A stretch of DNA of 64,000 nt from Octopus sinensis (lineage: Eukaryota). Below the pieces are notes generated by a model. That model searched no databases and had not been told where the DNA came from. It saw only the letters and a list, made by a program, of their open reading frames with translations. Positions within the stretch are counted from its first letter, which is position 1. Each line of letters starts with the position of its first letter. Below are positions 12,627 through 24,589 of this stretch, piece by piece. The stretch covers positions 112,282,001-112,346,000 of the forward strand of contig NC_043000.1 in NCBI RefSeq assembly GCF_006345805.1, written 5' to 3'. Made by a program: the position numbers and the translations under genes.

Positions 12627-14789
12627 ATGCATAAATACTTATGTATGTATGTACTCAAGATACGTAATATGTGTTTACACGAACAAAATTGCGATTCAAT
12701 GCAAAAATACTCAATATAATTGAAGTAGAGTAAACATATATAGTCCGTTTGTGAAAATATATCGTAACTTCAAGTTTCATATTCAGCTACTGCTAAGCAG
12801 AGCAATTATCAGGCGACAAAATTCAACCAATTATAGCAATATCCTCGACATGTATGCTGTCAGTATGTTAGTATGTGGAGTTTCCGGTACTGCATGATGG
12901 GTAAAAGAAGTTGCAAGGGGCACAACTCGTAACATACGTATAAATAGAAGCGAGTTATTTTTCTTCGATAGTTAGACCTAGGGATGTGGAAACGCGCACA
13001 CACGCACGCACGCACACACACATACACACACACAAACACACACACACACACATACACACACACATTCACGCATACACACACGTACACATACATGTGATTA
13101 ACAAAACAAAACGAGAGTGTTGCCCGTCATATGACGGATAATGTTGGAAATATTGTAATATCCGTTAATGCTGCATGGGTAACATAGTTATAATACTATT
13201 TAATTCAAATTTTATTGTGCATGAAGATGAAATTAATGATAAGTTTTAAAATAAAATACATTTCTTGAATTGCAATAAAATTTAATAATTGTATATCTGT
13301 AATATAAATATATATTATTAATAACAATAATAGTGTTTAACTATGAATTAATAACAGATGTTATATTATTGATATTATCAACAAAAGTACGCTCCCAGCA
13401 CTTGTCGTCGTATATCAAGTAAATCTCTAGTGAGTATACAGCAACTAAGGGAGATAAATCCAATAAGATCACAGTTATCTCCTTTTGGGGGACGGACAAA
13501 GAGAGAGGGGGATGGAAACACTGCCAGTTATATTAATAGATCTGACGTGTGTGCGTAAAGCAAAGGCTAGAAAATCGATATGTTGGTGGGAAATATATGT
13601 TGTATTGAAATAAATATGGTAAACTAAAGAATCTATTATTGTTTATAGTGAGAGCAGGGCGTGGCTTGGTGAGTCAAATCTGAGGCATGAAATAGAGAAG
13701 CTGTAAGGGTTTCTGCTGAATAGTTACGTATTGAACCATTCTAAATGGAAATATAGAGATGTGAAAATGTCGGGGTGCTTTACAATGATTATTATTTAGG
13801 CACAAGGCCAGCAATTTTGAGGGAAGGAGATTTGTCGATTACTTGACGAGTACTTTATTTATCGACCTCAAAGGGGCGAAAGCAGCGTTGACATCGGCAA
13901 AATTTGAACTCAGAAAGCAAGGAGCCAAAAGAAATAATGCAAAATATCTTCTGCAATGATACTATCAATCCATTCCCTTATATGGTAAACTGTAATAAAA
14001 TAGAGTGAGATCAAGAATATAAATTACTCGGTTAAGAGTGACGAAGGAAAGTAGAGCGGATACGTGATTGTTCCTGCTATAAAAATCATTATTTATCCAG
14101 TTAATCTGGTGGTTGTATGGTCTTCTCTTGTTTCATGTGGTACTTACCGAAGTGGCAGCGTTTAGTGAACATCTCCGATCTAATTTAGATATTTTCTAGG
14201 TTTATAAAGGTTTATAATGGTTTCTGAGTATGAAGCGACAACATTAATGCATTGTTTAATTTTCCATACTTATTTCAATATAGCTTTTATATTTCCTTAC
14301 GCTCTTTGGTAACAATTTATTTCCCTGCTCTCGCCTTCCCTGCCTAGGTAGCGTCTGTTAATATAATTAGCAGTGTGTCTTCGCCTCAGTTATACACACA
14401 ACCACACACACACGAGTGCGCACACGTCTCTATACGCATATGGGTATAGGTGAGTGTAGGAAACGAAAAGGGTTCTTTGTGGAGATAACAACGAGTTAGA
14501 CCTCAGTTACCAAAATGAATCGACAGAAAGTATTTCATAACTGACTTGACTGTAACGAAAGAAAGCCACAATTGCGGTACATAATTATGGGACCCCGAAA
14601 TTTTTTCAGCTAATCCATAATTTGGATAACTAGAATTTGTTTTGCTGGGTTTTCAAGGAAACTTCCTCACCTGGCTAGCCTGGTCACTCTTCTAATTTAG
14701 TCGTTGACCACCCAGCCTTGCAACTGTTTATAATGGATTACATGTTACCAGTAGCGCTCATAATACATACTGGCACTCCGCCGGTTATG

Positions 14790-15425
14790 ACAACGAGTGG
14801 ACCAGTTGATCCGATCAACGGAACAGCTCGTGAAATTAACGTGCAAGTGGCTGAGCACTCCACAGGCACACGTGTAACGGACAGACGGGTCTGTACATCG
14901 GAGTCACTGAATGTAGTGTTACGATGTGAGGGGTCATCATATGCAATGTACGAATGTAAGGTTCTCACGTCGGAGGTACCAATCGTATTGTACGGGTGCC
15001 ACGGGTGCACACGGGAAACTGACGAAAACGGCTGTCATTCTCTTTTTTCGGTGTGTGAAGCGAAGGCCGGAGGAGATCAGGTGTTTTTCATTAATCTCCC
15101 AGCATGGAGCTAAAACACAATGGAATCAGACATTCGTCTGACAAGCAACAAGTGTGTGGATTCGGTTTCGAATCTCAGTTAGGCAGGGCTGAGCGATCGT
15201 CTACATACGTACCTTTAACGTACTCTCAGAGAGATTCAGCGCAACACAGAATGTGACAAAGCTGGCCCTTTGAAATTACTGCTGCAACTCATTTTTGCCA
15301 GCTGAGTGGACTGGAGCAACGTGAAATAAAGTGTCTTGCTCAAGGACGCAACGCAACGCTGGGAATCGAACTCACTACTTTACGATCGTGAGCCGAATAC
15401 CTTAACCACTAACTCATGCACCTTC
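14790..15425 (-). mobile_element. SINE family B (tail variant 2) split by an insertion
   Basis: Head gtgcatgagttagtggttaagg..gagttcgattccc at ~15420-15355; body gtccttgagcaagacact; tail resumes at 14790-14872. Confidence 0.75.
14873..15205. mobile_element. Probable solo LTR
   Basis: 333-bp insert with TGTA..TACA termini, flanked by cacg/tacg (4-bp TSD, 1 mismatch). Confidence 0.55.
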
Positions 15426-16397
15426 ACCATAGCATACACACTTGCACACACACCATCGTCATTACCACCATCATCCGCTTTTACGAAGCATCGGTTGAAC
15501 AGATTCTTACAGTATAAGTCGGTTCTTATCAAGAGTCCCCATCCTTTTAAACGAGTCGAAAGGTGAGGTTTTTCTTCTCCGTGATTTCTACACTTAGATG
15601 CTCTTTCTCATATCATATTTCCATGCCTATTTCCTCATTTTTTTAAGGAAGTGGTAGTCACAGCAAGGAACACACCAGACATTTTATTCATTTCCTAGCT
15701 CAAAGGGGCGAGCCCCGTTCTGTGCTCGGGCCAGGGCATAGAATGCAACCCCAATATCAGCAGCGGGGCCCGACAGCATATGCTGGTTCCTAACATCGAT
15801 CTATTCTCAGAGAGTACAGGGTGCCTTTCACTGTGGCACGAACACTACAAAGGTCGTCATATACTTAGCAAGAATACCTCTTCATTTCTATCCTATATTG
15901 TCCGAGTTTGTTTGGCAATCTCTTTACAGGGTTTTCTGAGTTGGGCGCATTTTGTCGTTGCACCAGAACTCGTGATGTTACCTCACCCATCACAAGGCCA
16001 GAAAATTCTGTCTACTCTCTAGGCAGTCTCCGTTATTTCGAAAGAACGACCGACAGGTTAAATAAAAGAGTGTGATGGTCAGTTGTAATGAGACGGTGTG
16101 AGTAGGAATGTGATGAAGGAAACAGAGTTATAGAATGACAGGCGAAGGAGAAATGAAGTGAAGAATGTTACAGTCAACGTGTAGGAATAGAGACTGATTT
16201 GAAAATAGCATGGTGAGATAGATACAAAGAAGAGTGATGATAAGAGAGAGAGCGCGAATGATGATAAGTATGGGAGATAGAGAGAGTAGATATCAATGAA
16301 GAGTTACATAAAGAGAGAATGCTGGCAAATAATAGAGACAGGTAACAGCAGGGAGAACCTACTACGGACAAATCTGATGCCATCCCTCGTTACCCAA

Positions 16398-16791
16398 TCT
16401 ATTTCTTTACTACCCACAAAGGGCTAAACACAGAGAGGACAAACAAGGACAGACAAACGGATTAAGTCGATTATATCGGCCTCAGTGCGTAACTGGTACT
16501 TAATTTATCGACCCCGAAAGGATGAAAGGCAAAGTCGACCTCGGCGGACCCTTTTAAAGCCTAGCCAGGCTCATGGGTCCGGTTTCCCGGTTTCAATGGC
16601 GTATATGTTCCCCAGCTGGACGGGACGCCAGTCCATAGCAGCGTTACTCATTTTTGCCAGCTGAGTGGACTGGAGCAACGTGAAATGAAGTGTTTTGCTC
16701 AAGAACACAACGCGTCGCCCGGTCCAGGAATCGAAACCACAATCTTACGATCACGATGCTGACACCCTAACCACTAAGCCACGCGCCTTCA
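16398..16791 (-). mobile_element. Chimeric SINE: full family B joined to the 3' half of family A
   Basis: Identical 17-bp TSD catccctcgttacccaa at 16381-16397 and 16792-16808. Confidence 0.85.
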
Positions 16792-17169
16792 CATCCCTCG
16801 TTACCCAACCGTCGCGATAGAAGAGCGGTATAGAGATAATGATGTGATAATGGCAAAAAGAAGAGGTTAAGTAAAATGGCTGAACGGTAAAGTGCTTGAA
16901 GACGAATAGATGAAATGTCACCCATCATTCCACAGGTGCCGTAGTACTCTAAATAAGAGCGGATTAGTGATAGGGTAACGAAAAGATTATTGATAGAGGC
17001 TTAACAGGAATAGAATAGGCGAGATACCCTCTGTAAATATACTCTCCAACGTCCATTACCACTATACGTATTCCAACGGCCGTTTTGTCACCCTTACACA
17101 AATAAATAGGTTTTCTTCGGCAACGCCTGCTGCCATCGTCACGGATCTTTGACATCGTCTTCGTGATCT

Positions 17170-17400
17170 TCTTGGATTCAATCTTCGTTTGATGTCTTCC
17201 CAGGCTTGGCTTCCTCTTCCATTAGTACAATCCATTTAAAACGTTAAACATTTCTTTATACACCTCCATACACATCACATACCCGTACCAGCGCAGTATT
17301 CTCTCTTGCACATTACATTTCATTCTTCTTATATTCGTCTTTTCTCTCAACTCATTTTCATTCCATTGTTCATGGGCACAAACATTATACAGCTTGCGGA
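17170..17400 (-). mobile_element. Old RTE ORF2 C-terminal fragment
   Basis: LREKTNIRRMKCNVQERILRWYGYVM resembles RTE RRLRWYGHV. Confidence 0.55.
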
Positions 17401-17520
17401 ACATCCGAAAATTTGAAGAAAGTTATTCCTCGTAAATTCTTACCGCTAAAAACTCTTGTCCATCTGCTACTTGGTTAATCCACATTACTCATACGAGTCG
17501 GTTTCCCTGTTTGTTTGGAG

Positions 17521-18094
17521 TTTATATTCCTCCCTGGATGGGCGCGGAATTTTTTTCCCCCACGCGAGTTCCGGATCCCAGCAATGAACTCATTTGCATA
17601 CAGCCAATTAGAGCTTACCTTGACCATGTCAAGTTAACAAACACACTCTACCAAGTAAACCCAAGACGGAAGAACGGTGTTGTAAACCGACCGATCGCCA
17701 AGTTTATGCCTGATTTTAGAAGGAGACAAATAATTAGATAGATTTGCATGTATACCTATTATCGGATTTTTTGGGGGCCCCATATGGTAACGGTGTGGAT
17801 GGGGAAAATGTGGATAGAGGGTGATGTGCTAGCAACCCTCTCCCCTTATTGTTTTAGAAAGTAAACAACAGCACAAACAACTACGCAGAGGCAGTCATGG
17901 TTGGAACAAGAACAAGAACAACAAGCATTCTTAAAAGAGAAAAGAAGCATGGTCATTCCTTACCCAAGTGACCTTATCTTATCGCCCATCACTTGTTATG
18001 CGCTCATAAATTAGTTTGATGGTTGAGCTCTGATTGGCTGTATGCAAATGAATTCATAACTGGGGTCCGGAATTCTCGTGGGAAAAAAAATCGC
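17521..18094. promoter_or_regulatory. Inverted pair of CCAAT+octamer modules; TATA box on the left arm (minus strand)
   Basis: ATTTGCAT 17592-17599 with CCAAT 17604-17608; ATTGG 18033-18037 with ATGCAAAT 18042-18049; ~70-bp arms; TATAAA (minus) 17521-17526. Confidence 0.45.
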
Positions 18095-18099
18095 GGACA

Positions 18100-18260
18100 G
18101 GACACTGGTCCATCGCACGATTGTTCATTTTCACCAGCTGAGTAGACTGGAGCAGCGTGAAATGAAGTGTTTTGCTCAGGAACACAACACCTCGCCAGGT
18201 CCTGGAATCGATACCACAATCTTACGATTATGAGTCTAACCACTAATCCATGCGCCTCTA
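18100..18260 (-). mobile_element. SINE family B 5' part
   Basis: cagctgagtagactggagcagcgtgaaatgaagtgttttgctcagg..ggaatcgataccac. Confidence 0.7.
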
Positions 18261-18554
18261 CTTACAAAGTATTAATTCTTTGTCAGCCAATTTGGGATTT
18301 CACAGCACCTCTTGCATGATCAGTAACTTAAACACAGTAGAACATGAATTTCCTATCTACTCCTTTTCTACGTAGCAAGTACGGCCATTAACCAATCGAT
18401 ACTAGGGAGCTGTCTTTTTGTCTTTCTCTCGGTTTTGTTTCCATCGAAATCTTCCACTGATTCAGCAATAAGAACCGAGTCATCAGTGTACAGGTGTTCG
18501 TACGGACAGTTGCTCTTTGTTATGGCTGAAAAAAAAAAGACAATAATGAAACAT

Positions 18555-18955
18555 AAAATTATTAACCATCTTACAAACAATAACTCTGAGCACCTTTTCA
18601 AACTCCACCTGTCTAACACCCGTGGACACGTTTACAAAGTCAGAAAACAGCACAGCTCCTTCCATGACTTTCGGAAACATTCTTTCATGCTAAGAGTTGC
18701 TGAAGTATGGAACAAACTGCTGGCATCAGTTGTTAGTTGTCGGAGCACTGCATCCTTCAAAACTTTCATGCTTCCTGAGATTTGCCAACACTACACCTGA
18801 TTTTCTCCCCTCCATACACACGCAAGCATCTATCTGACTCATACACTGTTCACTTCCCAGGCATTTGTACATTACTGCATATGCTTTATACGCACTTTTG
18901 ACAAGTTGTGGGGCACCTGAGCACTGTATACAATCATTTCATTATTATTATTATA
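18555..18955 (+). mobile_element. CR1-clade LINE 3' end with (ATT)n tail
   Basis: SNTRGHVYKVRK..RKHSFMLRVAEVWNKL..VV..STASFK* followed by UTR and cattattattattat. Confidence 0.8.
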
Positions 18956-19185
18956 GAATTCGTCGCTGAATTCATCGTTTGACTTGCAGCTTGCTGACTG
19001 CATCTCTGTATACGGCTTACATGGCCCACAATAGTCATTCATATCCCCTCTCCCAAGTTACCTTAGCGACCATCGTGTATGTATTCTAGAATAACGACCA
19101 CATGTCAACTGTACCACTGCACTCACGCATTTAGAATGTGTCCACCAATTGAAGGAAGGTACATAACTCTTCCTATTTTAACTTT

Positions 19186-19576
19186 ACTTGCAGTATCGCC
19201 CGGCGTTGCTCGGGGTTGTTTCGACCCTTTAGAATTGGAATTTTTGGAAAGTAAAAAATTTGCATTATGTAGCTTGTTATTCTCTTTAAGTGAACATTTT
19301 TCTGGTTGAAATACACCGAAAAATGATGGCACAGCAGTCAAAAAATCGTATAAAATAGGGATTTTCATAGAAAAAAAAAACACCTTTTTGATGTGAATAA
19401 TTTTTGGTGTTAACATGGTCCGATTTGAATTTTTTCTTCTACGAAAGGAAGAGCAAGCCTTCTATCATACTCTCAATTTTGGTCAACTTGCGCCGCAGGG
19501 TCTAGGAGGAGATAGTGTTAGTTGAAGGCTACCAAACCTGCTCCACACAGACAACATCAGCTTTATATATATAGAT
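19186..19576 (+). mobile_element. Helentron-associated (HINE/DINE-like) non-autonomous element
   Basis: 5' ac(t)tgcagtatcgcccggcgttgctcgggg; 3' end acagacaac..tttatatatatagat; no coding capacity. Confidence 0.5.
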
Positions 19577-19924
19577 GATGTTTTCCTCCTCTCTCTTTGG
19601 CTTTGCCGAAATTTTAGGGCCGAAATAATAAACTATTGTTGCCAACAAAAAAATCCTTTCGTTCATTTTCAAGCATAGTAATTTATTTAAAATTCGGAGG
19701 TGTACTTGATTGGCGAGTGATTTGATCTGAGACCGTGTTGAAACGAAAACAATTACAGCGTGGAAGACTTATTTTAGTCATTCAAAAATATACAGAACTC
19801 TTTACTTCGCTCCAAAATTTACCATTTCGAGTCAACATTCGTTGCTCCAATTGCAATCTCGTTCTACAGAGAAGGGGCTAATTAATGCTACCATGTTCTC
19901 TTACTGTCTTGAAAAATCTTTTAC

Positions 19925-20250
19925 GTGTTTCAGTCATTAGAATGCGACCATGCTGGGGCACTGCCTCGAGGAATTTTAGTTCCAAGTACTTGTTTTCTTT
20001 TTAAGCTTGATACTTATTTTATCAGACTCCCTTTTGCCGAACTGCTAAGTTACGGGGACATAAACACACTAACACTTGATGGTGGGGTAAACACACACAC
20101 ACACGACGGTCTTCTTTCAGTTTCTGTCTACGAAATTCATTCACTAGGTTTTGGTTGGTTTGACACTTGTCTTTTAAGATACCATGCAGTGGAATTGAAC
20201 CTGGACCCATGTAAGTGGGAAACAAACTTCTTAGCACACAGTCACGCCTG
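19925..20250 (-). mobile_element. SINE family C
   Basis: gtttcagtcattagaatgcgaccatgctgggg..cttttgccgaactgctaag..cacacagtcacgcctg. Confidence 0.7.
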
Positions 20251-20824
20251 GAATAGGAAAAAAACCCGTTCCTATTAAGTTAGACAAGGCCTGAGCTAAT
20301 ATTAGCCCAAATCTATATCCAAGTTTAAACAGATATGTGTAGATCATTTTTTCGGCTACCTAGCTTAAGATTAGAAACCGTAACTTAGATTTCACTCCGG
20401 TATATTTTTTTTCCTTTGTTTAGTGTATTTAGGAAATCAACTGTCATTTTTCTATCTCAGAATTTAGGACAATAGTTCCCAAAGCTGGCAGTATTGATCC
20501 TCTGGGGGCAGTGGAAAACATTTCCATGTGATATTTATGTATAACTGGTTAGTTTATTTTCTTGTTCCGTTCAATCATTAAACGTATTATTATGAATTGG
20601 GTTCTTTTTGGTTTGGCTGCCAGCATCACTTCTGTTCAAATTCATTTCATATTTAGTGTAATAATGCACTTTTATAGGCTAATGAATGACATGAAAATCA
20701 TTTTTGCTATAAATCAATAAATAGTGAGTTATTAGCAATCAAGGTTTGAAATTTTTTGGTAAAATCTGATATAAATATTGCAATTCATATCTACTTTAAT
20801 TTTCAACTTAATTTTATCTCTGAT

Positions 20825-21015
20825 CAAAGGCAGCAAGCTGGCAGAATCGTTAGCATTCTGGGTGAAATGCTTAGTGGTATTTTGTCTGCTGTTACATTCT
20901 GAGTTCACATCCTTTTGAGGTTGATAAATTAAGTACCAGCTGAGCACTGGGACTGATGTAACCGACTTGCCCCTTCCCCCAAAATTTCAGGCCTTGTGCC
21001 TAGAGTAGAAAAGAT
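20825..21015 (+). mobile_element. SINE family A, tail variant 2, CpG-decayed
   Basis: ggcagcaagctggcagaatcgttagc..aaaatttcaggccttgtgcctagagtagaaaag. Confidence 0.7.
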
Positions 21016-21756
21016 TTTATCTCTGATCAATATCCTGCATCTTATTCCTCGATATGTTGCAGTGGATTAATGTGTGAAAAATAGCTTTTGATTTGGTTTT
21101 AAAAATTAGTTCGAATGCAGTCAATGGACAATGCATGTCCAAGAATGAATTACCTGGCACCAATTAGAGATCAAATCGATCGTAGTGTAGGGAAGTTGCA
21201 AATATTGATTTCAAATTTTGGCACAAGGCCAGCAATTTCGATTGGTGGGGAGTGGTGGGTAAGTCAATAACATCGACCCCCACTGCCCAGCTGATGCTTA
21301 TTTTATTGACTTTGAAAAGATGAAGACAGAATCAGCCAAGCAGCTACTCTGTGTCGATAAAGAGTAATAATCCAGAAACCAATTTACAGATGTTGCTTCG
21401 TGCTGAACTCCATGTTCAGATATTGTGTTGTATAACCAGCTGGAAATGATGTTTCCTGGGGCTAAGCAACATCAACAATCATCCCTTCTGGGACAACCTC
21501 ACTATGTTGGAAAATAGTCTTTACTTTAAAGAAATGTTACTGAGTATCTCGCTTTGAGAGATTTAGAAATAATGTTTCAACACACTTTTTACAGAAAGAT
21601 TTGGAAGAATTAGATGAAAGTTCTCTGGTAATTTTCTTTCATGTAAATAAATGTTTTTGTTAATTAAAAAAATTGCCACAAAATCTTATAAAATGATAAT
21701 GTTCAAAAAGATGTACATGTTTATATGTTATATATGAAAATAAAAACAAATACAGT

Positions 21757-22370
21757 TATCAGGCTGAGTAAAAAGTAAGCAACGTTTTGAAACATGAAAT
21801 TCATCACAATATATTTCAACATTGCAGAAATTTTATTTATCAAAGTAAGTACCATTACAATCAACACATTTTTGCCAATGAGTTACAAGTTCGTTTATTC
21901 CGTTAATATAAAAATCTGGAGTTCTGGAGTGGATCAACTCTTTGAACACACTTTCAGGTTTGGTTTGATTTCTTAACCCCTTCTATCGCAAGAAACCATC
22001 AAGGTTCTTGAAAAAGTGGTCGTCGGTAGGAGAAAGTTTTGGGGAATAAGCTGGGTGGGGAAGAACTTTGTAGCCAAGTTCCCTCAACTTCTAGAGTGTC
22101 ATTAGTGAAACGTATGGTCGAGCATTGTCACGAATAATGACTGTCCCTCTTCTGTTGACCAGTCTGGGACGGAGGAGTAGCAGTTTTTCATTCATTTTGG
22201 TAATTTCATAGCAATATATGTTCCTGCAGTAACGGTTTTTCTGGGTTTTCAGAAATTACAGTGGATGAGCCCAGCAGTACACCGCCAAATAGTCACCATA
22301 AGCTTCTTTTTGAAAACCTCAGGTTTAGGGAAGCTTTTTGGTGCTTCATTTTGATCCATGTCGTTGATGA
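21757..22370 (-). mobile_element. DD34D mariner transposon relic (C-terminal half plus TIR)
   Basis: Minus translation DNARPYVSLMTL*KLRELGYKVLPHPAYSPKLSPTDDHFF (34 aa between the Ds); TA + tcaggctgagtaaaaagtaagcaacgtttt TIR at 21757-21788. Confidence 0.9.
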
Positions 22371-22684
22371 GGCTGTAAGTGGGGATGAAAGGACTTTGAT
22401 AAAATTAGCTGATTTGATTGACTGGCCGAGCAATTAATGAAACAACCGATTGCTTAATCGATTAAATGATTAACCAATTGATGAATAAACAGTACAGAAA
22501 TGAATTAGAACCAGTGCGTGTGTTTGTAATTGACATAATGACTCCTCCGAGAAACAGCAAATTTATTTGAAAGCACGAGTCCAAGTATCTTGCAAAAGTT
22601 CAAAACGAAACAATAGAGTTATCTCCCTTATACTGCATTTCATATCTTCCTTTCGTCAGTCCTTCATATTTGTAACAATGTCGA

Positions 22685-22890
22685 AACTAAACGCGCTGGC
22701 GTGGTGGTATGGTAAGAAGCTTGCTTCCCAACGACATGGTTCTTGGTTCAGTCGCACTGCCTGGTACCTTGAGCAAGTGTCTTCTTCTATAGCCTCGGAT
22801 CGACCAAAACCTTGTGAGTGGATTCGGTTGACGGAAACTGAAAGAAGCCGTCGTGTATGTGTGTGTGTCTGTGTTTGTCCCCCGTAACTT
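22685..22890 (+). mobile_element. SINE family C 5' half
   Basis: gtggtatggtaagaagcttgcttcccaac..ggttcagtcgcac..ggaaactgaaagaagcc. Confidence 0.75.
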
Positions 22891-23049
22891 TTGCTTTTCT
22901 GCAAAAGACACCAGATTTTTTTTAAAATGCGTTAAGGTTGATTCATTCGACTAAAATTCTTTAAGGAAGCGCCCCAGTCTGGCCGTAGTCTAATGACACA
23001 CAGAGCAGAACTCAGAAGAGTCTGTCAAATTTTAATGTAAGATAAGCTC

Positions 23050-23880
23050 TATGGAGATGCAGGAGTGGCTATGTGGTAAGTAGCTCGCTTCCCAACCACA
23101 TGGTTCTGGGTTCAGTCCTGCTGCATGGCACCTTGAGCAAGTGTCTTCTGCTATAGCCTCGGGCTGACCAAAGCCTTGTGAGTGGATTTGGTTGACAGAA
23201 ACTGAAAGAATCCCGTTCGCCACAATAGATTGCTAGACACTACACATTCTTTGTTTTCTCTCCTTGTTTCTTTCTGTGGAAGAGCATTGGCTCGAAACGT
23301 AAAAGACTTATTCACTTCCCAAGCGTTAAACTAATACATCTGTTTGTTGTCTGCATCACCTGTCTTCGTCTGTTGTTGTTTTTTTGTGAATTCTCCCCCT
23401 GTATGTGTATATATATATATCTATATATGTGCGTGTGTGTGTGGATACTGGTGTGATGCATCTGGCACCTGTGCCAGTGGCATGTAAAAACACCGATTAC
23501 ACTCTCAGAGTGGTTGGCATCAGGAAGGGCATCAAGCCATAGAAACCATGCGAAATCAGACTGGAGTCTGGTGCAGCCTTCCAGCTTGCCAGTCCTGGTC
23601 AAACCGTCCAACCCATGCCAGCATGGACAACAGATGTTAAATGATGATGATGATGATGTATGTATACATTTGTGTGTGTGTGTATGTGTTTGTCCCCCAC
23701 CATCACTTGACAACCGATGCTAGTATGTTCATGTCCCCGTAACTTAATGGTTCAGCAAGGAGACCGATAGAATAAGTACTAGGCTTACAAAGAATAAGTC
23801 CTGGGGTCAACTTTTTTGCCTAAAAAGGCAGTGCTCCAGTATGGCTGCAATCAAATGACAGAAACAAGTAAAAAAATAAA
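23050..23880 (+). mobile_element. SINE family C with nested Penelope-like fragment (23225-23400) and RTE tail (23437-23655)
   Basis: Head 23050-23220; 3' half resumes at tgtttgtcccccac ~23690. Confidence 0.75.
23269..23306 (+). ncRNA. Minimal hammerhead motif, one critical core substitution
   Basis: tcttt-CTGTGGA-a-gagc-attg-gctc-GAAA-CG-TA-aaaga: stems I and II pair perfectly; A6 changed. Confidence 0.55.
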
Positions 23881-24147
23881 AAATAAAAGAATATGTTTAT
23901 ATTTTTTTGTTTGTGTGTGTGTGTTTGTAATTATTTCAATATATGACACACATGCAGTCACAGACATGTCAGTAGATAACATGAATATATGCATCCACTC
24001 CTTAAGCGCAAAGCATGTAGGAAGCTGGTCACAGCCCCAGTGACACAGAAATAAAATGTGTTTTCAGAACTTACATTAAGTACAGAAGACAGGGAATGAT
24101 TAAAAAAATATGTCTTTGGAAAAACAAATCTGTGACTAAAAGAACTG

Positions 24148-24184
<37 letters not shown>

Positions 24185-24589
24185 AGAAAGAAACAAGCTG
24201 TGTTTTCGTGAGAAGTGTGTGTGTGTGTGAGTGTGAGTGTAAGATGTGTCAGGGGTGCTCATTGTAGTGAGACACAGGGCATGAGTGGGGAGGAGCACGT
24301 GTGGTGTGTAAGATGTTTGGTGGTGTATGACAGTATGACAATGGATATAGAGGACTGTGTTTGAATGGATTACAATACTTCAAATCCCACCAGGGTCAAC
24401 TATAACCCTTACCCTAACCCTAGCTCTCACCCCTTTTTTATTCTTACAGGATTAATAAAGAAAGTATTAGTGTCATACTGGTGCTGCCCTCTATCTCCCT
24501 CTTCAGTTGACATATCCTGGATATTTCTGTGGGTCAAGGGAGGGAAGAGGGTCAAATATTTTTTTGTTTCTGTTTTTTTTTTTCTACTC

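Noticed and set aside
14718-15113. 131-aa ORF
   Set aside because: Runs across a SINE tail and the putative solo LTR; a chance frame
17592-17608. Histone H2B or snRNA gene driven by the octamer
   Set aside because: No histone ORF or recognisable snRNA nearby; octamer-TATA spacing is much longer than in H2B promoters
24405-24425. Telomere-like ccctaa/ttaggg words (also ~42650)
   Set aside because: Only 2-3 imperfect units
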